A DNA stretch of 59,501 nt, the filler included. It is 4 parts of 4 records of this genome, joined end to end, with 100 filler letters (N's around TTAATTAATTAA, not from the genome) between each part and the next. Parts side by side here need not be neighbours in the genome. Positions count along the whole stretch, not along the records: positions 46,124 to 59,501 come from DRR723986_2333; 3 more parts are not named here. The stretch is one strand, 5' to 3'. Every line of letters begins with the position of its first letter. Positions within the stretch are counted from its first letter, which is position 1. Both the position numbers and the translations under genes were made by a program. Below the pieces are notes generated by a model. The model saw nothing but the letters and a program-made list of their open reading frames with translations. It was not told the DNA's origin and searched no databases. Shown here piece after piece: positions 48,675-57,583 of the stretch.

Positions 48675-49934
48675 TCAGAAAGTGCCCCCATCCAGAGCAA
48701 CGCCAGAGATCGACCCACCGGTGATGGCAACAGCACCGGCCGATTGCAGCGCCAGACTGCCAAGCCCCAGGTTTGTGCGCGCGGTCGCACTATTGCTCAG
48801 ATCCGATAGGTTCGCACCTGCGCTCAGCTTGCCAGACAGCGCGTTCGTAACGGTCGCTGCAAAATTGGGATCATCCCCCAAGGCTGCGGCCAGTTCATTC
48901 AGCGTATTGAGCGCGCCGGGGGCCGCATCAATAAGACCCGCAATGGCTGAGGCCACAAAGGCCGTCGTGGCAATCTGGGTGGTGTTTGTACCGCTACTGG
49001 CCGTGGGCGCGCTGGGGGTGCCGCTAAAACTCGGAGATGCAAGTGGCGCCTTGGCATCCAGCGCGGTTTGCAGACCGCTCACCTGACTGATCGGGTGGCT
49101 GTGCGTGCTCGGCGTAAAGCTTGAGGGTTTTCCCGTCACCCCGGTCCAGGCCACCGCATCGGCCACTTCGGCCGCATCGACCTTACCGTCATTGTCGCTG
49201 TCATAGGTGGCCTTTGCCATATCGCCCGCACCGAAGCTGGAGATCTCCCCTTGGACAAAGGCGGTGGTGGCAATCTGCGTGGTGTTCGTGCCGCCCGCCG
49301 CCGTGGGCGCTGTTGGCACCCCTGTCAGCGCAGGCGAAGATTTCGGGGCCTTGCCATCAAGGGCTGATTGCAACCCCGTGATATCCGAGACCGCATGGCC
49401 ATGGCTGGCAGCGGCAAAACTCGCGCTACTCGACAAAGCCGCAGAGCCAAGACCGAGGCTTGTGCGCTGCGCAGCTGCATCTGCCGCACTCAGTAACGCC
49501 CGACCCGCGGCGGTGCTATCCGCAATATCAGCCGCCACATGGCCATGACCGCTGGCGGATTTCCCATCGAGCGCCGCTTGCAGACCGGTCACATCCGTGA
49601 TCGCATGGCCATGGCTTGTACTGGCCTTGGCCGCCAAGAGCGCGTCAACTTGGGATTTGCGCACGAGATCAGAGCCAGCGCTTGCGTCTTGAGACGCTGC
49701 AGGCACGCTGGCAAATGTTTTCTTACCCGCGATCGCCTGTGTTCCCGCGAGGCTCACAAACGCCCCTGCCCCCGCTAGGGCGGCAATCGCGGTGGCCGTG
49801 CCCGCCCCATCATCGCCCTTGCCAATATAGAGGGTATTGTCGACCTCGTTATGAGCCAGCTCCCCTGATTTGAGAGAGGATGGGGCGCCTGCCGCACCAG
49901 AGACCCGGCGTTTGAGTTGAATGGTATTTGCCAT
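48675..49934 (-). CDS. Tail fibre protein with internal repeats
   Basis: IQLKR..GELAHN; three H.H.I..V.GLQ.ALD.K repeats; two SP..TG.P.APTA..GTNTTQIATTAFV repeats; LNELAAALGDDPNFA; ends DGGTF. Confidence 0.88.
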   Translation of the reverse strand: MANTIQLKRRVSGAAGAPSSLKSGELAHNEVDNTLYIGKGDDGAGTATAIAALAGAGAFVSLAGTQAIAGKKTFASVPAASQDASAGSDLVRKSQVDALLAAKASTSHGHAITDVTGLQAALDGKSASGHGHVAADIADSTAAGRALLSAADAAAQRTSLGLGSAALSSSASFAAASHGHAVSDITGLQSALDGKAPKSSPALTGVPTAPTAAGGTNTTQIATTAFVQGEISSFGAGDMAKATYDSDNDGKVDAAEVADAVAWTGVTGKPSSFTPSTHSHPISQVSGLQTALDAKAPLASPSFSGTPSAPTASSGTNTTQIATTAFVASAIAGLIDAAPGALNTLNELAAALGDDPNFAATVTNALSGKLSAGANLSDLSNSATARTNLGLGSLALQSAGAVAITGGSISGVALDGGTF

Positions 49935-50161
49935 TAGAAAAAGCCTCCATTGATGGCTGCGTCAGTTGGTAAAATGGTGATGCCGTCAGCCCCGGGCGGG
50001 CCCTGCGGTCCGGGTGGGCCCACAGCCCCCTCAGGGCCTGGGCGGCCCAAAATCCGCACCGAGAGCGGGGCTTGAGCCCCCTGCACCCGCAAGGAACCGG
50101 CCTTTGCGCAGGCAATCCGGATCGGTCCTAAATGCTCGGTAAGCTTCAGCGCGCGCTGCAT
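49934..50161 (-). CDS. Small collagen-like phage protein
   Basis: GRPGPEGAVGPPGPQGPPGADG; ends NGGFF. Confidence 0.75.
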   Translation of the reverse strand: MQRALKLTEHLGPIRIACAKAGSLRVQGAQAPLSVRILGRPGPEGAVGPPGPQGPPGADGITILPTDAAINGGFF

Positions 50162-50162
50162 C

Positions 50163-50510
50163 TCAGAGCCCCCGCGTCACGGGGCGTACCACCGGGATTT
50201 CGAGGGTGAAGCCCAGATAGAGATCGGGCTCTGTATCGCGACGCACAAAATCCATCACCACACTGCCCAAAGGACACAAACTTGTGTCCTGCGCACTGAT
50301 CTCAATATCAAGGCGCGTGTCACTCACGCGCGTAAGACCGCCGCCTGCCTCTGTGGAAAGCTGCGCCAAAAGCTGATCAGCCCCCACAGAGGCACGGATC
50401 TGCGCCACCAACTCAAGGCCTGCGGGAAAGAGCGGCCCCTCCGCCTCCAAGCTGAGGCGATAGGCATAGCCCATGACAATGGCTGGGCCCTCTGAGATCT
50501 GAACGGTCAT
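50163..50510 (-). CDS. Phage structural adaptor-like hypothetical protein
   Basis: Beta-rich 115 aa; ATGA overlap with the o-spanin. Confidence 0.7.
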   Translation of the reverse strand: MTVQISEGPAIVMGYAYRLSLEAEGPLFPAGLELVAQIRASVGADQLLAQLSTEAGGGLTRVSDTRLDIEISAQDTSLCPLGSVVMDFVRRDTEPDLYLGFTLEIPVVRPVTRGL

Positions 50511-50698
50511 GGCGCCCACCCGCAAATCTCTGCACCCAAACTATTATGCGTGAGGATCTGGCGCTGCGTGCCAAGACTGAGCTCATCGCTCACAGAAGGG
50601 CGAATGGGCGTGGCCCAATCACACTCAGTCGCCTGTTTTGTCGCGCATCCAGCGAGACAGCTTATCAGAGACAGTGTCAGGATGATCGGCCTCCACAT
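50507..50698 (-). CDS. Putative o-spanin (Rz1-like lipoprotein)
   Basis: Lipobox LAGC; C.W..PI...D.L...T.RQIL.HN......CG; overlaps the i-spanin 3' end. Confidence 0.75.
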   Translation of the reverse strand: MWRPIILTLSLISCLAGCATKQATECDWATPIRPSVSDELSLGTQRQILTHNSLGAEICGWAP

Positions 50699-50885
50699 CG
50701 CGCCGTACCTCCGCTGCATGTTTGAGAAGTTTGACCCGCGCCTCTGCGGCCTTGACCCTATAAGCTGCCACAGCTGCAGCGCGACCAAAGCGCCAGGCGA
50801 CGAAGAGCCCGAGTATAAGGGCTGTGGCATGCGCCAGCGCGCAGGCAACCCGACGAGGAATGCGGGTGAGGACTGGCACCACCAT
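50625..50885 (-). CDS. Putative i-spanin (Rz-like)
   Basis: N-terminal TM then helical region; directly after the endolysin. Confidence 0.7.
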   Translation of the reverse strand: MVVPVLTRIPRRVACALAHATALILGLFVAWRFGRAAAVAAYRVKAAEARVKLLKHAAEVRRDVEADHPDTVSDKLSRWMRDKTGD

Positions 50886-50888
50886 CGC

Positions 50889-51533
50889 TTAGCCCAGGCC
50901 TGCCAGGATTTTCTTCACCCGTTCGCGCGCAATCCAAAGGGCCGCAAGGCAAATGAGCCCCGCCATCCCAAGCGCTATGACCTGTGCCATGCCATCCAGC
51001 GCGCGCAGCGCCTCAAACCCTGCCGCAAGTGAGGCCAGGATTTGCAGACCAGCCGCCTGCACCGTCGTGCTCTGTGCAGGCGTGCTGCGCCGCTTGGGCA
51101 GGGCCTCGGGCGCAATCGCACGCCGCAGCGCGACAATGCGCGAGACCGGATAGGCGGAGCGCTTCACCTGATTGGATTGATTGCCGCCCAGGAGATAGAC
51201 TTTATCGCCCTCCCGGTGGTCCCAAAATCCTACATGGCCCTGCCATGGCTTACCGCGTGCCAAGACCACAACATCGCCGGGGCGCGCGTCCTCAAGGCGC
51301 ACAGCGCGCCCCCAGCGCTCATAGCTGCGCGCCAGCAACGAGCCGCTGCCTTGCAGACCACAGCGGGCCAGAACCGCCCCCACAAAGGCCGCGCACCACG
51401 GCACCTCGTCATGAGGTTGTGGGATGCCCGCCTCCTGGTAATAGGACAGCACGCGCGGGTTATCCCCCTCGGCCCATTCCACAACGCCCAAATCCGCCTC
51501 TGCGGTTTGATAAATCAGATCTCCCAGATCCAT
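50889..51533 (-). CDS. Endolysin, TIGR02594 (NlpC/P60-like) family, with C-terminal hydrophobic segment
   Basis: DEVPWCAAFVG, ARSY..WG, GDVVV..RG..WQGHVGF, LGGNQ. Confidence 0.88.
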   Translation of the reverse strand: MDLGDLIYQTAEADLGVVEWAEGDNPRVLSYYQEAGIPQPHDEVPWCAAFVGAVLARCGLQGSGSLLARSYERWGRAVRLEDARPGDVVVLARGKPWQGHVGFWDHREGDKVYLLGGNQSNQVKRSAYPVSRIVALRRAIAPEALPKRRSTPAQSTTVQAAGLQILASLAAGFEALRALDGMAQVIALGMAGLICLAALWIARERVKKILAGLG

Positions 51534-51552
51534 GCCTGACCCCCATAAATGC

Positions 51553-51576
51553 AAAAAGCCGCCCCCTCGGGACGGC
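51553..51576 (-). terminator. Terminator-like hairpin just upstream of the endolysin
   Basis: GCCGTCCC-GAG-GGGGCGGC-TTTTT on the minus strand. Confidence 0.6.
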
Positions 51577-51622
51577 CCATCATGTCTTTTCTTCTCTTAC
51601 AAACCTGCGCGGTTTGGCTGTC

Positions 51623-51862
51623 CTAGCCTGCCTGCAAAGCGTGCTTTGCGCACATCGCCTTGGCCTGCTCCACCCAATCATCGACGGCAGCGGCCACCGA
51701 CGGACCCACCCCAACGAGGCCTGCAAGCTGGATCTCAACGATCCCGCGCACCTCTTCAGGATCAAACCAGAGGCCATTTTCTTGCAAGACGCGCGCGCGC
51801 AGTTCAGCCACCGGGTCACTCGCCCCTTCAAGGGCCCGCAATATATCCTCAATCACTGTCAT
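51623..51862 (-). CDS. Small hypothetical protein between holin and endolysin
   Basis: 79-aa co-oriented ORF with globular composition. Confidence 0.6.
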   Translation of the reverse strand: MTVIEDILRALEGASDPVAELRARVLQENGLWFDPEEVRGIVEIQLAGLVGVGPSVAAAVDDWVEQAKAMCAKHALQAG

Positions 51863-51946
51863 AGGGTCTCTCACAGACTGGTTTTGGACAGGCAGCACAT
51901 GGGGCGTTTCTGTCGCTACCGCAAGGTCAATCTCGCCCATCCACAT

Positions 51947-52258
51947 CTACTTTTTACGACAGAGCCAAGAGACCAAGAGCGCCTCTGCGCCGCGCGGGCC
52001 GAGATAGGCCAAGGTCGCCACAAACCCGGTCGAGACAGGCTGCGTGAGCCCCACAAAACTGGCCGCCGCCTCCCCAATGAGAGCCATGCCCACCGCAACC
52101 GGGATTTCCCACAAAAGCTCACGGCCAAAAAACCGCCGCCGGCCGAGCTTCACCTCGCCCGAGTGATACATGAGCCGCCCCGTAAAGGCTCCAAACAATG
52201 TCGCCAGAGCCCCGCCGAAGATGCGGTCGATCATACCGATGATGCTGGGATCATCCAT
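51947..52258 (-). CDS. Phage holin
   Basis: About 3 TM; WEIPVAVGMA, AYLGPRG, basic C-terminus; GGAGGC-like RBS region. Confidence 0.85.
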   Translation of the reverse strand: MDDPSIIGMIDRIFGGALATLFGAFTGRLMYHSGEVKLGRRRFFGRELLWEIPVAVGMALIGEAAASFVGLTQPVSTGFVATLAYLGPRGAEALLVSWLCRKK

Positions 52259-52282
52259 GTGCCTGCCTCTTTTCTGTCTGGA

Positions 52283-52513
52283 TCAATAGCTGCCACCATC
52301 GAGCAGATCCTCCCAAGCCTCGTCGCTGGGGTTTCTGAGGCGCAACACCGCCGGCACGACGCTGGTATCAAACCAAAGCATTCCAGCACGCGTGTCGCTT
52401 GGCGCACTGGGGCCTGCGTTCGTGGAGTGCAGCGCGGCCAAGATCTCATTCATCCTCTGCCGCACAGCAAGCCCGGCGTCATTGGTAATCACATAGCTGT
52501 TTGTTTGCGCCAT
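52283..52513 (-). CDS. Short tail-fibre anchor/adaptor protein
   Basis: MAQ..Y.I.N..G..VR...N..L.AL.S.NAG..AP....AGM.W.DT fibre N-terminal pattern; ends DGGSY. Confidence 0.7.
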   Translation of the reverse strand: MAQTNSYVITNDAGLAVRQRMNEILAALHSTNAGPSAPSDTRAGMLWFDTSVVPAVLRLRNPSDEAWEDLLDGGSY

Positions 52514-52589
52514 GATGCGGGTCTCCATTCTCTCAAGGACAACTCTCGGGCGCCTGCGCGTTCAAAGCGCCGGCCCCTAGACCACTTCA

Positions 52590-55136
52590 CTAGGCCACCT
52601 CATCTGCATAAAGGCGCAGGCGTGAGACAACCGGCGTATAGGCCGCATCCTCGGTGCGCAGCCATGCCCGCGCTTCAATCGCGCGCGCTTCCACCTCATG
52701 ATTGTCAATCCGCCCCCAAGCTGACCACGTGGCCGGCCCTGCGGGATCGTCATCACTTTCCCGCACTTCCATCACAACATCGGTTTGCGCCCCATCCGTG
52801 CCGTCAAAATCAGCCCAGCTGTCGATGGGATCTAAGCGCGCATCAATGCGATCGAGAAGTGCGAGGACCGCAACGCCAATCTCACTGCGCAACCGCACGC
52901 GTCGCACTGCGCCAAAATCAAGCCGTGCCGCGAAGCTATATAGCCCCTCACGCTGTGGCACATGCAGCACCCCATTCTCATCAAGGCTGCTTGCCAATCG
53001 CAGCCCCCCAGGCGCCACCACCAAATGGGTTCGCTCGCCCTCAAACTCCGCATCGGCCTGCAGAGCATCCAGCGCTGTGAATGTCAGCGCCTGCGCGCCT
53101 TTGGTTGAGACACTCGTCACAGGCCCCAAGCGGCCGCCGCTGTCTTCGGCGCGCAGCAAATAGGTGCCGGGTTTGAGCGGCACCACCGCAATCGCTTCCG
53201 CACCGGCCACCCGGTCCATCGAATAGCTATTGGCCCAGGTCGCGGGAATATCAGCACTGTGGCGAATGACGATATTGCCCGCCACCCGGACATCTGCATC
53301 CGCGGCCCGGGTCCATTTGAGGATCGCAAGCCCTCCGGCTGCTTGCAACGTCACCCCCTCAAGCGCCACCGGTGGGGCTGTGAGCCCAAGGACCTCTGCT
53401 GTGCGGGCCCGCCAGTCTGAGGACACACCTAGCGTTGAGATCGCCTTAACCCGCACCTCCCATGCCCCGGGGCTTGCATCGCGGATCTCCAGGACCCGTC
53501 CCTCCTGGCGGCCATAATCCACCCATTCCCCACCATCGCGGCGGGCTTCAATCTGATAAAGCGCCACAAAGGCAGAAGGCGCCGCTTCCCAACTCACGCG
53601 CACCAGAACCTTTGCACCCCCGCCATCGCGTGTGATGTAAAGGCTCTCCGAGATCTCTGGCCGACCAGGTGCGGGAAGATCAAAGGCCGAGGGCAACGCC
53701 GTGCGCGGCGCGGCACGATAGATCTGTTCCTCAGAGGCCGACCAGTCATAGATGAGCGGCGATGTCTCGCGCAGGACCAATTCTGGCAAAAGCAGCGCCC
53801 CATCCCCGGAGGCACTCAGATCGAGGCTCAGCCCATGCACTTCAAAAGGTTTTGCCGCAAAGCCCCAGCGCGCATAGCTGAGCTCAACCACATCCCCTAC
53901 AGTGGCCGCCCAAGCTGAGAGCTTGCCCGACATGCGCACCGTCATTTGGCGCCGCGCACGCTCCAACTCAATCTTAGCCAAGCGCTGCGCCATAGCCGCC
54001 GAGATCGTAAAGGGCAGCGAGATATCACGCCATTTCCGCTCGCCGCCATCTTCGCTGAGATAAACACTTGACGCATAGGCCGGGAAGTCATCGGGTTGCC
54101 AGTCATTCTCGGGGCTGACAAACTGCCCCCGCACACCATTGAAGTTCGACGACATCGTCACACGCGTGGCCAGGGTCAGCCCACCCTCGCGCACGTGATC
54201 CGGTCCGAGCGCGATTTCTGGCAGGCGCCAGGCCCCGGCATAAATACGCCAGAGGCCACCGGTTGGGGCGCAGCGGCCTGCAAAAGCAGACAGCATGGCC
54301 TCAATGATGGTTTTGGGGGTCTCAGACAGCGTGATCACCCCATTGCAGGCATAGCGTGGCTCGCTGCCACCGCTGGCCAGGGCAACAGGCTCATCGCAAA
54401 TATTGGCCGCCTCAATGAGCGACAGTTCATCAATCCCATCCTCCGCCCCAATTGCAGCCCCAATGCCCCAGACAGGGTTAGACATATAATCAGCCAGGCA
54501 CAGCGCAGGGTTTTCTGAGTAGACATGCGCTCCAATCCTTGGGTCCCAAATGTCATCCTTGCCCTCGATATCGGCCGAGATGTTCGGGATGCCGCCTGGA
54601 AAGGCTCCTTGATCATAGGTGAGGCGCAGATAGATGGCCGCGCAGCCCTGCAGGCGGTGATTGGCCGTCCATTTATCTGATGCGGTCTCCATCAGCCCTG
54701 CAAAGGCTGTCTGGTCTGCGGCGCCTAGGCGCTTTTCGACATGCGCCTTACCCGCCCATCGACCTATGCCGACCCCATTGGCATCAATCGCCTTCTCGCC
54801 TTCAAAATAAATCGCCCCAATCGATTTAACTCTGTGCGTTGCGAGCACGATCACCAGATCGAGATATTGGTTCTCAGAACCTGAGGAGTGCAAAAAGACG
54901 ATCACCCCGCCTTTTCTTGTGCGCCCATAGACCAGATCACGCGGGACCACCGGCTCTCGGATTGTCACCGTACGCGGCTGAAGCGTTCTGCGCCGCTTTG
55001 GCATCAAAGCCTGCGTGGCATAAGACAGAAGCAGCGAGCCCCCAATCCGAAGCAAGGCTGCCCCAATGCCACCCGCGGCCAATACGCCACTGATCGCCCC
55101 CGCAATTGCGGTGACGGCTGTCACGATAAACGGCAT
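52590..55136 (-). CDS. Tail tip / host-specificity protein (GpJ-like)
   Basis: PRDLVYGRTRKGG, YSENPALCLADY, RYACNG, AQRLAKIELERARRQ, FnIII-like region. Confidence 0.88.
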   Translation of the reverse strand: MPFIVTAVTAIAGAISGVLAAGGIGAALLRIGGSLLLSYATQALMPKRRRTLQPRTVTIREPVVPRDLVYGRTRKGGVIVFLHSSGSENQYLDLVIVLATHRVKSIGAIYFEGEKAIDANGVGIGRWAGKAHVEKRLGAADQTAFAGLMETASDKWTANHRLQGCAAIYLRLTYDQGAFPGGIPNISADIEGKDDIWDPRIGAHVYSENPALCLADYMSNPVWGIGAAIGAEDGIDELSLIEAANICDEPVALASGGSEPRYACNGVITLSETPKTIIEAMLSAFAGRCAPTGGLWRIYAGAWRLPEIALGPDHVREGGLTLATRVTMSSNFNGVRGQFVSPENDWQPDDFPAYASSVYLSEDGGERKWRDISLPFTISAAMAQRLAKIELERARRQMTVRMSGKLSAWAATVGDVVELSYARWGFAAKPFEVHGLSLDLSASGDGALLLPELVLRETSPLIYDWSASEEQIYRAAPRTALPSAFDLPAPGRPEISESLYITRDGGGAKVLVRVSWEAAPSAFVALYQIEARRDGGEWVDYGRQEGRVLEIRDASPGAWEVRVKAISTLGVSSDWRARTAEVLGLTAPPVALEGVTLQAAGGLAILKWTRAADADVRVAGNIVIRHSADIPATWANSYSMDRVAGAEAIAVVPLKPGTYLLRAEDSGGRLGPVTSVSTKGAQALTFTALDALQADAEFEGERTHLVVAPGGLRLASSLDENGVLHVPQREGLYSFAARLDFGAVRRVRLRSEIGVAVLALLDRIDARLDPIDSWADFDGTDGAQTDVVMEVRESDDDPAGPATWSAWGRIDNHEVEARAIEARAWLRTEDAAYTPVVSRLRLYADEVA

Positions 55137-55152
55137 AAGTGAGATCCTGCTC

Positions 55153-55560
55153 TTAAACTGGCCAGGCAACCCGGCAGGACGTCAGCGGGAGGCTCACAAG
55201 CCCCTCAGGCGCCATGCCCACGGCCTTGGCGCCCATGCAGATGCCAAACCCAAGGCCTGTATCAGCCAGAACGATATCGCCTCTCGTAGCAAGAAGCACA
55301 GCTGGGCGGGGCTCACCCAAAAGCGCATGCCCCATCTTCTCAAGCGAGGACCAGCCCAGGCGGCGCATCACCCGCTCGCCGCCAAGCGCAGATGTGTAGC
55401 GACCCCGCCAGAGGGCTGCCACATCCTCACCGCCCGTCAGCATCATCCGCGTCTCAAAGGCAAATGTCGGACAATCATGCAGCCCCCAGACAAACGGCTT
55501 GGCCCCCGCAGTCGTAACCGCCGCTGCAAGCAAGCGTTCCCAATGGTTAAGGCGGGGCAA
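55153..55560 (-). CDS. Tail-associated NlpC/P60-like protein (DUF6950-like)
   Basis: W..LL....PFVWG.HDC..F, WRGRY, RGDIV; only a TTG start is available next to the moron. Confidence 0.8.
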   Translation of the reverse strand: MPRLNHWERLLAAAVTTAGAKPFVWGLHDCPTFAFETRMMLTGGEDVAALWRGRYTSALGGERVMRRLGWSSLEKMGHALLGEPRPAVLLATRGDIVLADTGLGFGICMGAKAVGMAPEGLVSLPLTSCRVAWPV

Positions 55561-55624
55561 TTGCGCAATATGCCAATTATTGCCTAGAGTTTTACATCGA
55601 TGTTCAGAGGAGCCAAAGGATTCC

Positions 55625-56431
55625 ATGTTTAAATTTGCAACTCGCATTTGGGTCTTGATACTCGCAGTATCATTTGTGCTTTCACTTGGGCTGAATGCGG
55701 CAGTGGTTGGCATTGCCTCTGTGGGAACGGTTGTTGCTGGCATCTATGACGCAGTCACTGGAACTACTTCTGCCTACACAGAACTGGCTTCAAACAGGAG
55801 CCGCCTTCAATCGGAAGTTGGAGACTTGCTAGAAGAACGTGATCGCGCTGTCCGCAGAGCTGGCGAACTTTTCGAGCAAGTTGAAGCGGGTAAGGCAGAC
55901 AACGCCCGATTAACCGACAAGATCATTGAAAATGAGGCGCGTATTTCTAGCCTGGAAGATGATATTCGCGCTAAAGACCGCAAAATCAGTGTTCTTACTG
56001 ATGATGTAAAAAAGCCTAGAAAGGTCGTATATCGCGGCACTCAAAAAACAGTGTCTGAGGCTATTCTCGACACCAATAAGCGGATTGCCCGCAGAACTGT
56101 GTCAGCTGCCACGAGAAATGCATCGTCAGTCGTGGCTGAATCCATCCCTTATTTTGGAATAGCAGTAATGCTTGCAGTTACCGCCGCCGATTTGAACGAT
56201 AGCTGCAATACAATCAAAGACTTACACGCACTAGATGTAGCAATTGATCCAAACAAAGCGTTTTCTCCAGACGATAGCGAAATTTGTGGTTTGAAAGTTC
56301 CGACGCCTGAAGAAACCTGGGAACAGGTAAAAAATGGTTCTGCGGAAGCATGGGATCAAGCGAGAGAATATCTGCCATCGCTACCGGAATACTCACTGCC
56401 AGCATGGAATGATGTATCTCTTTGGCCATAG
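55625..56431 (+). CDS. AT-rich antisense moron: TM + coiled-coil protein; homologue of 36191-37225
   Basis: GAGGAG/AAGGA RBS; opposite strand to the tail operon; its TAG abuts the TAA of the neighbour. Confidence 0.88.
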   Translation: MFKFATRIWVLILAVSFVLSLGLNAAVVGIASVGTVVAGIYDAVTGTTSAYTELASNRSRLQSEVGDLLEERDRAVRRAGELFEQVEAGKADNARLTDKIIENEARISSLEDDIRAKDRKISVLTDDVKKPRKVVYRGTQKTVSEAILDTNKRIARRTVSAATRNASSVVAESIPYFGIAVMLAVTAADLNDSCNTIKDLHALDVAIDPNKAFSPDDSEICGLKVPTPEETWEQVKNGSAEAWDQAREYLPSLPEYSLPAWNDVSLWP

Positions 56432-56992
56432 TTACCCCCGCCCCCAGGTGATTTCGCGGTCTTGGATTGCGGTTACGTATTCAAAGCCGAGATCGCCCGG
56501 GTAAAGCGCTTGTTGGCTTTCATGGGTATAGCGCCAGGTGCGGGCCACGGTGAGGTCAATTAATCGGCTCTCATAGCTGATGGTGATCGTGCAGGTGTCT
56601 GCATCATCCTTGATTTCTGGGACATCAAGCCGGCCTGTGAAGGCTTGAACTGGGTCTGCGATGATGCTGCCATCTTCCGCCAAAAGCCCCAGCCAGATCC
56701 GCCCCGGCAAACCCTGCCGTGCCTCCTCAATGGCCATCTGCACCAAATCAAGCGGCACGCCGGAGAGCGACACCGCCGTGCCACCCGCCACAACCTCACC
56801 GCTTTCATCGATGGAGCCAAGACCCAAAAGCGCACCTGCTCCAGACCAGCTCACCCCGTTCCAGCTGATCTCACCAAGCCCTGACCAAATGCGCACCCAG
56901 CCGGTGGCAAATTCTCCTTCAAAAAAAATCACTGGGCGCAGATGCTGATCTGCCAGCGCTTCAGCAAAGGCGGCTGTGATGTCGCGTGTCAT
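56432..56992 (-). CDS. Phage minor tail protein
   Basis: RIWSGLG.I.W.G..W.GAG.L, F.GRLD, ESRL.DL...WRYT.E.Q...PGD.GF. Confidence 0.85.
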   Translation of the reverse strand: MTRDITAAFAEALADQHLRPVIFFEGEFATGWVRIWSGLGEISWNGVSWSGAGALLGLGSIDESGEVVAGGTAVSLSGVPLDLVQMAIEEARQGLPGRIWLGLLAEDGSIIADPVQAFTGRLDVPEIKDDADTCTITISYESRLIDLTVARTWRYTHESQQALYPGDLGFEYVTAIQDREITWGRG

Positions 56993-57579
56993 TACAGCGC
57001 CTCCCGGGCTGAGAGTGTAAACCTATGCTTATCCACACGGCCAACCACCGTGGGAACCGGCGCCTTGAGGCGTAGCAGAACAGATGGCCTTTCCAGCCCC
57101 AAGGGGGTCCCCTGAGGCAGCGCATTGCGTAAAGGAGGCACGAAGCTGAGCGTGGCTTCGCCCAAAACTGGCACGGCATCCTCGATTACCTGATAAAGCC
57201 GGGTCGAACTCTGCGCGCCAAGCTGGAAAAAATCACCCGCTCGCAAGCCCTGGTCCCAGCCTGCTGTGCGCAAGAGCGACGCTCCAGGGAGTTGCGTCTC
57301 AGCGGCATAGGGCGTGCCAGCTGTCAGCGGGATATCGATTGTAGGATCGGGAAAGAGGAACCGACCCCGCACGCCTCCAAGCGCGGTGAAGAAGGCTGAG
57401 AGCCCACGCGCCTGCACCCCCTGGCTTACAGCCATCTCGATTTCATATTCCCACCACGACGCCCCCCAGTCCTGGATTTGCGACGTGCCAGTAAAAGGCG
57501 AGCGGGCTTCGGCCACAGACGTGACCAACCGCCGTTCAAGTGAAGACACGTGCGTCAATGGCATAACAGGAATAGCCAT
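56992..57579 (-). CDS. Phage distal tail-like protein
   Basis: SPFTG..Q.QDWG..WW, L.G..G.F, LRAGDFFQLG; follows the tape measure. Confidence 0.82.
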   Translation of the reverse strand: MAIPVMPLTHVSSLERRLVTSVAEARSPFTGTSQIQDWGASWWEYEIEMAVSQGVQARGLSAFFTALGGVRGRFLFPDPTIDIPLTAGTPYAAETQLPGASLLRTAGWDQGLRAGDFFQLGAQSSTRLYQVIEDAVPVLGEATLSFVPPLRNALPQGTPLGLERPSVLLRLKAPVPTVVGRVDKHRFTLSAREAL

Positions 57580-57583
57580 GTTT

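Noticed and set aside
48675-49934. Repeats as a CRISPR-like array
   Set aside because: In-frame, degenerate protein repeats of a tail fibre; no CRISPR, tRNA or rRNA seen in the window
50984-53080. 698-aa plus-strand ORF
   Set aside because: Antisense to the lysis and tail genes, with no motifs and biased composition
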